Source of the DNA: an uncultured virus (IMG/VR IMGVR_UViG_3300025382_000006)
Lineage: Duplodnaviria > Heunggongvirae > Uroviricota > Caudoviricetes
DNA length: 20,000 bases
Direction: 5' to 3' (one strand)
Virus record (IMG/VR): IMGVR_UViG_3300025382_000006
Shown here one piece after another: positions 6,256 through 15,208 of the stretch (position 1 is its first letter; the number at the start of each line of letters is the position of its first letter). Under the pieces are notes generated by a model that was not told where the DNA came from, searched no databases, and was given only the letters and a program-made list of their open reading frames with translations. The position numbers and the translations under genes are program-made.

Positions 6256-9200
6256 ATGGCTCAATTAAGTTCACCAGGCGTAAGCGTAACCGTAATAGAC
6301 GAAAGTTTCTACACACCGGCCGCACCCGGAACCGTACCCCTAATTATTGTTGCTACACAACAAGACAAAATGAATTCAGCTGGAACAGGCACTGCTCCAG
6401 GCACAACCAAAGCTAACGCAGGTAAGGTATACTTGCTAACTAGTCAAATGGATCTAGGAGCCACATTTGGTATTCCTTATTTCCAAACTGACGCAGAAAA
6501 CAATCCTATCAATGCTGGCGAATTGAACGAATACGGTCTACAGGCCGCTTATAGCTTCTTAGGTGTTAGTAGTCGTGCTTATGTAGTACGTGCAGATGTA
6601 AACACAGCACAATTAGCAGGTTCAGCAACTATTCCAACAGGTAACCCTGCAGATGGCACATTTTGGTTGAACACATCAACCAGTGCGTTCGGTGTATTCC
6701 AGTGGAATGCCAACGTTGCAACTACAACTGGCGGACAAACATTTACAGAACAACAACTAGCAGGCAATTTTACTGTTATTACTGACAGCACTAAAGTTGA
6801 CGGTAACTACAAGCCATTGAGCAGTTATGGGCAACAAGGCGACTATGCTCTTGTTGCACTGACAACATTGTATAAATTATGGTACAAAAAAGGCAAAACA
6901 GATACAGCTGGTGGCACATGGGTGCAAGTTGGTTCAACAGCATGGGCCGCAAGTTGGCCAGCCGCTACTGGTACTGTAGCTAACCCAACACTAACTGCTA
7001 CTGGTACAAGTTTTACAGGACAAATTGCTGGTACAACACTAACAGTAACTAGCACAGTAACAGGCGGAAGCGTATCAGTTGGTGAAGTTTTAAGCAATGC
7101 AGGTAACACAGTTACAGCTGGTACAGAAGTTACAGCAGTTAATTCTGCATCATTTACTGGTACAGTAAGCGGCACAACACTAACAGTAACAGCAGTTGCT
7201 AGCGGAACTATAGCAGTTGGCATGGTGATTACTGGTATTACTCCAGCATTTACATACATTACAGCTAACGTTACAGGTAGCGCATTTGCGTCAGGTGGTG
7301 GTACAAGTACTTGGACATTAAGTGCAAGTTCAACAGGTACACCAACAGCAGGTACAAGTTATACAGTTAGCGCAAGCCAAACATTGGCAAGCGGTACATT
7401 AACAACAGGCGGAAGTCAGTTGACCATTAACGGTACAACATTTCAAGGTGTATCAACTGTAACAGCATTGGCAGCGGCCATTAACGTAGGAACAGCCGCA
7501 GGTATTACAGCAGCCGCAATCAACGGTTATTTGAATTTGTATTCAACAGGTGTTGACGTTACAATTAGTGGTACAGCAGTGTCTGCACTTGGACTAAATC
7601 AAGGTACTACAACAACATTACAAAGCGGCCCAACTTGGATTTACAAAGCTCCAGCGTTTACAATCGCTCCGCACACAAGTATTCCGACATATGGTCGCTA
7701 TGACAATATTACAACAGTAAACGGTTACCCAACAGGTTCTGTATGGGTTAAATCAACACCAATCAATCTTGGTGCAAACTGGATGGTCAAGCAGTATAGT
7801 GCCGCAACAAGTTCTTGGATCAGTCAACCTGTTAGCTTGTACAAAGACAACTATACAGCATTATACAATTTAGATCCAACAGGCGGTGGTATTAATCTAG
7901 CGTTAGATCAATTATATGTAAAATACAACGATGATGAAGGTTCACCAGCTTATGGCGACTTCAAAATTTATTTCCGTAATGCAGTTGGTCCAACATTAAC
8001 TACAAGTAATATTGTTACAGCCAGCACATTTACAGCACAAACTTATACATTTACTGTACAAGCAAGCCAAACAGGTTCAGCAGTATTACCTACAACTGCT
8101 CCGCTTTTAGCTACAGTAACATTTATTGCTACTGGTGCAGTAAGCGATGCGGCAGCTTTTGCAACAGCATTTACAGCCGCAGTGAGCGATCCACTAGTAA
8201 GTATTGTTGTTAATGCTAACAACAGTATTAGTATTAGCCATGTACAAGGCGGAGACATACTATTTGTTGACGGAAGTAATACTCCGTTGAGCAAGTTGTT
8301 TACACCAGGTACATCAGCAAACTTCAACTACAGTGCTCCTAAGATTGACGGTGTTTCGGGCGCTAGTTCGACAACTTATGTACTAAGCAACTGGGCAACT
8401 ACTGTTGGCACAACTGGTAACGGTCTAGTAACAGCTAGTCCAACACCACCAACAACAGCACCCGCAGATGGCACACTATGGTATGATACTTCACTAAGTG
8501 AATTTGACATCATGATCAATGACGGCACAGCATGGCGTGGTTATTTGACAACACAAGCTATTGCTATCAACCAAGCTGTTTATGCAGGTACAGCAAGCCC
8601 AACAGGCGTTAATGCTACAGACCCAATGGGTCCAATCGTTAGTGCTACCCAACCAACAGCACAAAGCGATGGTACTCCACTAGCCAATGGCGATATTTGG
8701 ATCAACACAAGCAATTTAGAAAATTTTCCTAATGTTTACAAGTATAATAGCCTAACTGCTAAGTGGATAAACATGGATGAAACAGATCATACAACCAGCA
8801 ACGGTATTGTATTTGCTGATGCACGTTGGACTGACAACAGCCTTAACAACAGCGTACAAACTGGCGCAGGCACTCCAGCAACTATTGTAAGTTTGTTGAG
8901 CACAAGTTACGTGTCTTATGATTGTCCAGATCCTGCACTATATCCAAAAGGTATGTTGTTATGGAATACACGTCGCAGTGGCTATAACGTTAAGAAGTAT
9001 CGTGTAGGTTATACCAACACTACTAGTTTGAACGTTCGTTATAACAACGCACTAATGACCAACTACTATCCAGACAGCTGGGTAACCGCTGCCGCTAACG
9101 ACACAATGGGTGTTGCACAACTAGGTCGCAAGGCTCAACGTGCAGTAGTATTACAGGCATTAGAAGCTACAATCCAAGCAAATCAAAATATCCGTCAACC

Positions 9201-10074
9201 AGATACAGTTATCTATAACTTGTTAAGTTGCCCAGGATACACAGAAACATTCAGTGCATTGATTGGTTTGAATACAGACAACGGACTGTCAGCGTTTATT
9301 GTTATGGATCCTCCAGCACGTTTGACACCAGATGCTACAAGTTTAAGTAACTGGGGTAATAACACAGCAGGTGCAGTAATAGACGGTGAGCAAGGCTTAA
9401 TCGCTACAAATGCTTATTCAGCTATCTACTATCCATGGGCTTACACACAAGATTTAACAGGCAACAACATTGTTGTTCCGCCAAGTCATATCATGTTGCG
9501 TACAATCGCTCTAAGCGACAACGTTTCTTATCCATGGTTTGCACCAGCTGGTGTACGTCGTGGCGGTGTAACCAATGCGGCATCCGTTGGATATGTCGAT
9601 GGACAAACAGGAGAATTCCAAACTGTTGCATTGAACTTGGGTCAACGCGATACACTAGCTGGAATCCATGTAAATCCAATTACATATCTAGCAGGTACTG
9701 GTCTAGTTGTATACGGACAAAAAACACGTCAATTGGTCGCAAGCAGTTTAGATCGTATCAACGTAGCACGTCTAGTGATTTATCTACGTTATCAGTTGAA
9801 TCAAATTGCTAAACCATATATATTTGAACCCAACGATACTATCACACGTAATCAGATCAAACAACAAATTGAAAAAATGTTGTTAGAATTAACAGCTCAA
9901 CGTGCATTGTATGACTTCTTAGTTGTATGTGATTCATCAAACAATACACCTGCACGTATAGATCGTTCAGAACTATGGGTTGATATTGCGATTGAACCAG
10001 TTAAGGCAGTGGAGTTTATCTATATTCCAATGCGTTTAGAAAATACTGGCGCAATCAAAGGCCTTGGCAAATAA
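6256..10074 (+). CDS. gp18: Contractile tail sheath protein (gp18-like), unusually long at 1272 aa
   Basis: N-terminus LSSPGVSVTVIDES...AYVVRA; C-terminal sheath motifs YYPW, VPPS, PWFAPAGVRRG, RDTL..IHVNPI, YGQKT, SLDRINVARL, FEPND, VVCDSSNNT and IEPVKAVEFIYI. Confidence 0.95.
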   Translation: MAQLSSPGVSVTVIDESFYTPAAPGTVPLIIVATQQDKMNSAGTGTAPGTTKANAGKVYLLTSQMDLGATFGIPYFQTDAENNPINAGELNEYGLQAAYSFLGVSSRAYVVRADVNTAQLAGSATIPTGNPADGTFWLNTSTSAFGVFQWNANVATTTGGQTFTEQQLAGNFTVITDSTKVDGNYKPLSSYGQQGDYALVALTTLYKLWYKKGKTDTAGGTWVQVGSTAWAASWPAATGTVANPTLTATGTSFTGQIAGTTLTVTSTVTGGSVSVGEVLSNAGNTVTAGTEVTAVNSASFTGTVSGTTLTVTAVASGTIAVGMVITGITPAFTYITANVTGSAFASGGGTSTWTLSASSTGTPTAGTSYTVSASQTLASGTLTTGGSQLTINGTTFQGVSTVTALAAAINVGTAAGITAAAINGYLNLYSTGVDVTISGTAVSALGLNQGTTTTLQSGPTWIYKAPAFTIAPHTSIPTYGRYDNITTVNGYPTGSVWVKSTPINLGANWMVKQYSAATSSWISQPVSLYKDNYTALYNLDPTGGGINLALDQLYVKYNDDEGSPAYGDFKIYFRNAVGPTLTTSNIVTASTFTAQTYTFTVQASQTGSAVLPTTAPLLATVTFIATGAVSDAAAFATAFTAAVSDPLVSIVVNANNSISISHVQGGDILFVDGSNTPLSKLFTPGTSANFNYSAPKIDGVSGASSTTYVLSNWATTVGTTGNGLVTASPTPPTTAPADGTLWYDTSLSEFDIMINDGTAWRGYLTTQAIAINQAVYAGTASPTGVNATDPMGPIVSATQPTAQSDGTPLANGDIWINTSNLENFPNVYKYNSLTAKWINMDETDHTTSNGIVFADARWTDNSLNNSVQTGAGTPATIVSLLSTSYVSYDCPDPALYPKGMLLWNTRRSGYNVKKYRVGYTNTTSLNVRYNNALMTNYYPDSWVTAAANDTMGVAQLGRKAQRAVVLQALEATIQANQNIRQPDTVIYNLLSCPGYTETFSALIGLNTDNGLSAFIVMDPPARLTPDATSLSNWGNNTAGAVIDGEQGLIATNAYSAIYYPWAYTQDLTGNNIVVPPSHIMLRTIALSDNVSYPWFAPAGVRRGGVTNAASVGYVDGQTGEFQTVALNLGQRDTLAGIHVNPITYLAGTGLVVYGQKTRQLVASSLDRINVARLVIYLRYQLNQIAKPYIFEPNDTITRNQIKQQIEKMLLELTAQRALYDFLVVCDSSNNTPARIDRSELWVDIAIEPVKAVEFIYIPMRLENTGAIKGLGK

Positions 10075-10087
10075 TTAGGAGAACATT

Positions 10088-10717
10088 ATGGCAATAGCAG
10101 CCTTATCGAATTTTACAGTACCATTAGCATCGGATCAATCAGCAAGCTCACAAGGCTTGTTGATGCCAAAATTAAAATATCGTTTTAGAATTACATTTGA
10201 AAATTTTGGGTCAGGCAATAGTACTACTGAGCTAACAAAACAAGTGGCCGAGGCAGCTCGTCCAAGTGTTAAATTTGCAGATCAAAAGATTGAAATCTAT
10301 AATAGTGTTATACACTATGCAGGAAAACCAGCATGGGATCCTATTGCAGTTAAACTACGTGATGATGTTACAAATGCTGTGACTATCCTAGTAGGCGAGC
10401 AAAATCAAAAGCAATTTGACTTCTTTGAACAAAGTTCAGCCGCAAGCGCAGGTGACTACAAGTTTACTATGCGTATTGAAATGTTAGACGGTGGTAACGG
10501 ATCAGGCACACCAACTGTTTTAGAATCATGGATGTGTTATGGTTGCTATCTTGTAAGCACAAACTATACAGATTTGAAGTACAGTGATCAAGGTCCTGCT
10601 ATGATTGATCTAAGTATCCAGTTTGATAACGCTGTGCAAATCAGTCCAACAAACGCACTAGGCGCCGCAACAGCAATACAAAAATTCCCAGGTGGAACAA
10701 GCGTATTAGGTTCTTAA
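10088..10717 (+). CDS. gp19: Tail tube protein (gp19-like)
   Basis: Directly follows the sheath gene; SD AGGAGA at 10077-10082; motifs PKLKYRFRI, YAGKPAW..I.VKLRDD, YK....IEMLDG, ESW.CYGCY and LSIQFDNA. Confidence 0.9.
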   Translation: MAIAALSNFTVPLASDQSASSQGLLMPKLKYRFRITFENFGSGNSTTELTKQVAEAARPSVKFADQKIEIYNSVIHYAGKPAWDPIAVKLRDDVTNAVTILVGEQNQKQFDFFEQSSAASAGDYKFTMRIEMLDGGNGSGTPTVLESWMCYGCYLVSTNYTDLKYSDQGPAMIDLSIQFDNAVQISPTNALGAATAIQKFPGGTSVLGS

Positions 10718-10723
10718 TAATAT

Positions 10724-10750
10724 AAACCCACTTAGGTGGGTTTTATTATA
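10724..10750 (+). terminator. Intrinsic terminator after the sheath-tube operon
   Basis: AAACCCAC-TTAG-GTGGGTTT stem-loop followed by TATTATA; the A/T flanks make it potentially bidirectional. Confidence 0.85.
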
Positions 10751-10783
10751 GGCGTTCAATAAGTGCGTAGTTTATTATTTCGA

Positions 10784-10789
10784 TAAATA
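10784..10789 (+). promoter_or_regulatory. Late promoter core (TAAATA), 4 nt before the ATG at 10794
   Basis: gaTAAATActgtATG, no SD, located just after a terminator. Confidence 0.75.
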
Positions 10790-10793
10790 CTGT

Positions 10794-11888
10794 ATGGCAT
10801 TCACACCTAATAATTATCTTGTACAAGACCCTGGAACTATTCTAAGGGATCAGCGTCACGCGGCTGATTTATTCAACGTCGATCAGTTTAGACTAGCCCC
10901 TAAACATAAATTTTTATTCCACGTGGCGTTTGGTATTAATACTCAAGCATTGCGAGATCCGTCTATAGCTTCCACATATGGTAAAGAAATTAATATGCTG
11001 GTTAAAACTGTTGACTTACCTAATTACTCCATATCTACAGAAATGATTAATCAGTACAACAGAAAAAAAGTTGTACAATATCAACACAAGCCTGGAGAGA
11101 TTGCGATCAAATTTCATGACGACAATATGGGTCTTATTAATCAGATGTGGCAAAATTACTATGCCTACTATTATGCAGACTCAATTACAGCCAATATTCC
11201 TGGAGCCTATGCAAGAAATGCAACTAAGGCATTCAGTACAATCCCAGCAAATTATGGATACGATGCAGGAAGTACTGTGCCATTTTTTAATTACATCAAA
11301 ATCTATCAAATGGCACGACATGAGTATGTAGGCTATACATTAGTCAATCCTATCATAACCAGCTGGAATCATAACAAATTAAGTTACAGCGATGCTGGTG
11401 TAAATGACTTTGATATGAAAGTTCAGTGCGAAGCAATAAGCTACAGTTTAGGTAAAGTAGAAGCAGACAACCCTGAAGGGTTTGGCGTAGTACATTATGA
11501 TTCTGTTCCTAGTCCATTACAATCATCTGTTGGAACAAATCTCGACGCAGGCGGCCCAAGTTTTGTCAATAGCACAACTGCAATTACTGCTCCAGGTGCA
11601 TTGTCTGCGGCTTTGGCACAAGTTAACACATATCAAAATAGTCAAGAATCTTCCTCACCTATAAACACTTTAGGCAAGATTGGTGCAATAGGTGTTGGAG
11701 TTGGTTTGGCAGCTGGTGTAATTGGCATTGGATCAAATTTATTAGATAAATTTAGTAGCTCTTCTGGCGGTCTCAGTGATATTAAATTTCCAGATCTTGG
11801 TATTGGCCCTGCTATCAACACAGCAGTTGATGCTGTATCGGATGCGGCTTCAAGTGTAGGAAATGCAATTTCAGGATTATTTTCATAA
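10794..11888 (+). CDS. Tail-tube-fold baseplate protein (gp54/gp48-like tube initiator or cap)
   Basis: Tube-like motifs PKHKFLFHVAF, LVKTVDLP.YSISTE..NQYNRK, I.IKFHDD, IKIYQM and YTLVNP.ITSW; position right after the tube gene; Gly-rich C-terminal tail. Confidence 0.65.
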   Translation: MAFTPNNYLVQDPGTILRDQRHAADLFNVDQFRLAPKHKFLFHVAFGINTQALRDPSIASTYGKEINMLVKTVDLPNYSISTEMINQYNRKKVVQYQHKPGEIAIKFHDDNMGLINQMWQNYYAYYYADSITANIPGAYARNATKAFSTIPANYGYDAGSTVPFFNYIKIYQMARHEYVGYTLVNPIITSWNHNKLSYSDAGVNDFDMKVQCEAISYSLGKVEADNPEGFGVVHYDSVPSPLQSSVGTNLDAGGPSFVNSTTAITAPGALSAALAQVNTYQNSQESSSPINTLGKIGAIGVGVGLAAGVIGIGSNLLDKFSSSSGGLSDIKFPDLGIGPAINTAVDAVSDAASSVGNAISGLFS

Positions 11889-12256
11889 TGTCAGCTAGCA
11901 ATTTACCAATCACACAATTAACTAATGCACAGCTTGTTAAAACATTTTTTAACAATCTGTCTAAAACTCCTATGAGTTTTCCTGCCGGGCAAATTGAAGC
12001 AGTTGTGGCATTCTTCATCAAACGAGGCTTTGACAAAACCGGTGCAAATAGTGTCGCTATTGTATTATTAACTCAGGCTAGAACAGAAAATGTCAACGTG
12101 TTTACTTTGTTAGACACATTAAAAGGGTTAACCGATGTGCAACTTAGTCAAGTTGTAGCACAGGTATTAAATGCCAGTAGAGATAGAACAAGTTTGTTAG
12201 GTTACAGATCTGCACCTGTGACCAATACTTACGAAGCACGTAATATTTTAATCTAA
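11888..12256 (+). CDS. Hypothetical protein (122 aa, helical)
   Basis: TAATG stop/start overlap with the upstream gene; fills the gap up to the gp4-like gene. Confidence 0.75.
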   Translation: MSASNLPITQLTNAQLVKTFFNNLSKTPMSFPAGQIEAVVAFFIKRGFDKTGANSVAIVLLTQARTENVNVFTLLDTLKGLTDVQLSQVVAQVLNASRDRTSLLGYRSAPVTNTYEARNILI

Positions 12257-12257
12257 C

Positions 12258-12689
12258 ATGGCTACTAAGTTTGCCCGCGGTAAATTTATGATGAAACACC
12301 CCGAAAAGTATGTGGGCACTAAAGTTCCTACCTATCGATCAAGCTGGGAGTGGACATTTATGAATTTTTGTGATAACAACAAATCAGTAGTAAAATGGGC
12401 CAGCGAAGCAATACAAATCCCCTATAGAGATCCACTGACTGAACGCCAAACAGTTTATGTGCCAGATTTTTTTATTCAATACGTAGATAAAAATAACAGG
12501 GTGCTAACCGAGCTGATTGAAATCAAACCAGCTAGTCAAACCATACTGGAACGTGTGGGAAAGAACAAATACAATCAAGCACAGTATGTAAAAAACCAAG
12601 CCAAATGGACTGCGGCTAACCATTGGTGCCGACAACAGGGTATTCGATTTAGAATACTAAATGAAAATGATATATTCAGTCAGACTTGA
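12258..12689 (+). CDS. gp4: Head completion nuclease (T4 gp4-like, TnsA-type PD-(D/E)xK fold)
   Basis: Motifs PEKYVG, YRSSWE..FM.FCD, WASE...IPY, YVPDF, IEIKP, NQAKW.AA..WC and FRILNE. Confidence 0.9.
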   Translation: MATKFARGKFMMKHPEKYVGTKVPTYRSSWEWTFMNFCDNNKSVVKWASEAIQIPYRDPLTERQTVYVPDFFIQYVDKNNRVLTELIEIKPASQTILERVGKNKYNQAQYVKNQAKWTAANHWCRQQGIRFRILNENDIFSQT

Positions 12690-12692
12690 GCA

Positions 12693-12698
12693 TAAGTA
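12693..12698 (+). promoter_or_regulatory. Variant late promoter core (TAAGTA), 5 nt before the ATG at 12704
   Basis: caTAAGTAattgtATG; one mismatch to TAAATA with the same spacing as the other sites. Confidence 0.55.
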
Positions 12699-12703
12699 AT
12701 TGT

Positions 12704-13186
12704 ATGACTAAAAAACTTGAAGAACTATTAAATCTTCCTGAAAGTAAGAAAATTATCAAGCAGGAAGAAAAAGAGCAACGCAAAGCTGAAGTTGCCGCTC
12801 CTTTTATCCGCAATATTGATGAGTTTGATAAAATATCGGCTGCCTTGCCGCAAGTAAAAGGCTTGGGCGATGCTGGCGATCAAGAGTTAGATGAGCTGGC
12901 ACAAAAGGCCAAAGATGCGTATGAAGATATTATGGATCTAGGAATGAATGTGGAAGCACGTTATAGTGGACGCTTATTTGAAGTAGCCGCTAGTATGTTA
13001 GGGCATGCTATTCAAGCCAAAACCGCCAAGTTAGATAAAAAGTTAAAAATGATTGATCTTCAGTTAAAAAAGCAAAAACTGGATCAAGATGCCAATAATT
13101 CAGACGACGGAGTTACACTACAAGGGGACGGTGTAATCATTACAGATCGCAATAGTCTATTAGAAAAACTCAAGCAAATGAAATAA
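12704..13186 (+). CDS. Probable terminase small subunit (gp16-like); likely start is the ATG at 12704, not the TTG at 12686
   Basis: About 160 aa and helical. The central segment AYEDIMDLG..VEARYSGRLFEVAASML resembles the gp16 'R.(Y/F)EV' helix, followed by a coiled coil and a C-terminal IITDRNSLLEKL. Confidence 0.55.
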   Translation: MTKKLEELLNLPESKKIIKQEEKEQRKAEVAAPFIRNIDEFDKISAALPQVKGLGDAGDQELDELAQKAKDAYEDIMDLGMNVEARYSGRLFEVAASMLGHAIQAKTAKLDKKLKMIDLQLKKQKLDQDANNSDDGVTLQGDGVIITDRNSLLEKLKQMK

Positions 13187-13189
13187 ATA
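13184..13189 (+). promoter_or_regulatory. Late promoter core (TAAATA) overlapping the upstream stop codon, leadered
   Basis: aaaTAAATAc; GGAA at 13197-13200 lies 7 nt before the ATG at 13208. Confidence 0.65.
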
Positions 13190-13207
13190 CAATACTGGAA
13201 TATGCAT

Positions 13208-13834
13208 ATGAAATCATTCAAAGAATACCTGACAGAAAGCAAAAAGATTTACGAATTCAAAGTAAAAATTGCGGCCGAGTGCCCAAAAGATACTGTAGCA
13301 AAGATTAAAGCCGCACTAGGCGAATTTCACGTAAGCTCTGTTAGTGCAGGTAAAAGCGTACCTATCCAAGAACGCCACAGCGAATTTCCAGAACACAAAA
13401 ACATCAACATGACTGTGTTTGATGTTACTACAGATTATCCAGCAACAAATAAACAAATTCAAGATAAACTAGCCGCAGTGCTATCTTTGACACATACAAG
13501 TGTTAAAGTTAAGAATCTAGCAGAAGAAAAAGAAGACGAAATTAATCATCAGTATGACAAGCGAACTGGCAAAGCTATTGTAGGCACAATACAAGATCCT
13601 AGCGACAACAGTCACTTAGTTGGTGAAAAATATATGATGGATTTCTTAAAAGAATTAAATCAAGAAAAACATACCGGTACTCAATATACAGGTGTCAACG
13701 ATGAAATTTTAGCCAAGGGCGATCCTAGGCACGACAAAGAAACTCCTGGTAAACAAGTAGAAATAAAAACTAAAGTTAGTAATCTGTTTAACAAACAAAT
13801 TAAAGTGCCAGGATTCAAAGGACTAGGAAAATGA
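13208..13834 (+). CDS. Hypothetical head/core-associated protein; likely start at 13208 (MKSFKEYLTES)
   Basis: The N-terminus MKSFKEYLTE resembles the capsid-targeting, protease-cleaved leaders of T4 internal proteins (MKTYQEFIAE type). SD spacing favours 13208 over 13202. Confidence 0.65.
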   Translation: MKSFKEYLTESKKIYEFKVKIAAECPKDTVAKIKAALGEFHVSSVSAGKSVPIQERHSEFPEHKNINMTVFDVTTDYPATNKQIQDKLAAVLSLTHTSVKVKNLAEEKEDEINHQYDKRTGKAIVGTIQDPSDNSHLVGEKYMMDFLKELNQEKHTGTQYTGVNDEILAKGDPRHDKETPGKQVEIKTKVSNLFNKQIKVPGFKGLGK

Positions 13835-15132
13835 ATTTACAAGAATTAGTAACTAAATTACGAAGAATCGACGAGGGCAAACCAGTCGCTCCAGTACACA
13901 CCGATGGTCCAGCAGACGGCGAAGGCATCATTATTGGCAGTCCTATGGGCGGAATGCTTGGAGGTATGGGTCAAAGCACACCTCCTAAACAACAAGATAA
14001 TGTTGACATGAATATTACACTTCATGGCACAGGCGCCGGCGGTGTTCGTGATCTAATGAACATTCTACATAATATTGAAACAGGTAATACTGGCTCACAC
14101 GATCACGATGGGCACGATCATCAAGAACCAATCATGGGAGACATGGTAAGAGCCATGGCTGACGAACAAATAGCACCTCCAGACCAAGATTTAGAAGAAG
14201 TATTAGACGATGACAGTCAAACATGGGGAAATAGTGCGCATGGCGACAGCGGACATCATGTTCACGGAATTGACAGTGTTACCATGCATGGCGATGATAT
14301 GAACAGTAAAGGTGGTCCAGAGCCTACCAAGAAACAAGGCGGCGGCAATCCTTACAACACAAAAATTAAACACACAAATGAAAGTCTAGTAAATCGTTTG
14401 AGTCAAATGTATCAAGCAATTAAAGAAGAGCGTACAGAAGAAAAAGATGCTAATGGTAAAGTTGTTAAGTGGAAAGAAGAAACTCCATGGCGCAAGGCCC
14501 AAGATAAAAATGGCCGGGGTAAAGTAACTAACATGAGTGACAAAGCTCGTCGTGAAAGTGAAAAAATGTCTAAGAAAGATGTAAAAGAAAATGCTCATCA
14601 CGATGACGACGAAGAGAAAAAAATTCGACACCTAATGCGAAAATACGGTTGGAGCCATCAAGAAGCGTTAGAGTATTATCACTATGAAGAACATGATCCT
14701 AAAGATTATGAAGACATGGAAGAATCTGCCAAATGGCGTGATCCTAAGTACAAAGGCCAATTGTTTACTCAAAAGAAAGGTGATAGTGACGATTACGATA
14801 GCATAGATTACGGATACGGTATAAAAGAAAGACCTAAAAAAGATCCTGGACAAAAACGCTCTACATTTGACAGAGATACAGTTTGGACTGATCCATTGGA
14901 TACTAGAAGTAATTTACCTAAACATCACAACGATCCCGAAAACTGGGGATACGGTAGTATCTCTAGCAAAGGCAGCTCAAAAGGAAAACTTACGGCTGAT
15001 AGAAGAAACCGTATGAAAAATGATATTCAATCAAGTTTAGGACAACACCATACTCCAACCTTACCAGAACAAATGAATGAAAGTAAAGAATTAAATGCTA
15101 TGCTAGCATTAAACAAAAGATTAAACGGTTAA
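13831..15132 (+). CDS. Acidic, His-rich, low-complexity putative internal head/core protein (433 aa)
   Basis: ATGA overlap with the upstream gene; highly charged; repeated hydrophobic-x-E motifs; followed by a terminator. Confidence 0.7.
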   Translation: MNLQELVTKLRRIDEGKPVAPVHTDGPADGEGIIIGSPMGGMLGGMGQSTPPKQQDNVDMNITLHGTGAGGVRDLMNILHNIETGNTGSHDHDGHDHQEPIMGDMVRAMADEQIAPPDQDLEEVLDDDSQTWGNSAHGDSGHHVHGIDSVTMHGDDMNSKGGPEPTKKQGGGNPYNTKIKHTNESLVNRLSQMYQAIKEERTEEKDANGKVVKWKEETPWRKAQDKNGRGKVTNMSDKARRESEKMSKKDVKENAHHDDDEEKKIRHLMRKYGWSHQEALEYYHYEEHDPKDYEDMEESAKWRDPKYKGQLFTQKKGDSDDYDSIDYGYGIKERPKKDPGQKRSTFDRDTVWTDPLDTRSNLPKHHNDPENWGYGSISSKGSSKGKLTADRRNRMKNDIQSSLGQHHTPTLPEQMNESKELNAMLALNKRLNG

Positions 15133-15166
15133 GTTTCGTCGCAGTTAGCACCCTGTCCAAGGTGCC

Positions 15167-15194
15167 AAATAGACCCTAAGGGGTCTATTTTTTT
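15167..15194 (+). terminator. Intrinsic terminator
   Basis: AAATAGACCC-TAAG-GGGTCTATTT, a perfect 10 bp stem, continuing into a T run. Confidence 0.9.
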
Positions 15195-15197
15195 GAT

Positions 15198-15203
15198 TAA
15201 ATA
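15198..15203 (+). promoter_or_regulatory. Late promoter core (TAAATA), 5 nt before the large terminase ATG
   Basis: atTAAATAaacatATG, immediately after the terminator and with no SD. Confidence 0.75.
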
Positions 15204-15208
15204 AACAT

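Noticed and set aside
429..7259. Many minus-strand ORFs (e.g. 798-1292, 2153-2632, 2717-3331, 6843-7259)
   Set aside because: They are antisense shadows of long Thr/Gly-rich genes, giving Val/Pro/Leu-rich or Cys/Ser-rich translations with no motifs or expression signals. Only 5825-6151 has protein motifs and a promoter box.
6256..12256. Sheath and tube genes as a bacterial tailocin, eCIS or T6SS locus
   Set aside because: A terminase, head-completion nuclease, dNMP kinase and T4-type late promoters indicate a genuine phage genome.
12258..12689. TnsA-like nuclease as evidence of a Tn7-type transposon
   Set aside because: The motifs and context match the T4 gp4 head-completion protein; no other transposition genes or terminal repeats are seen.
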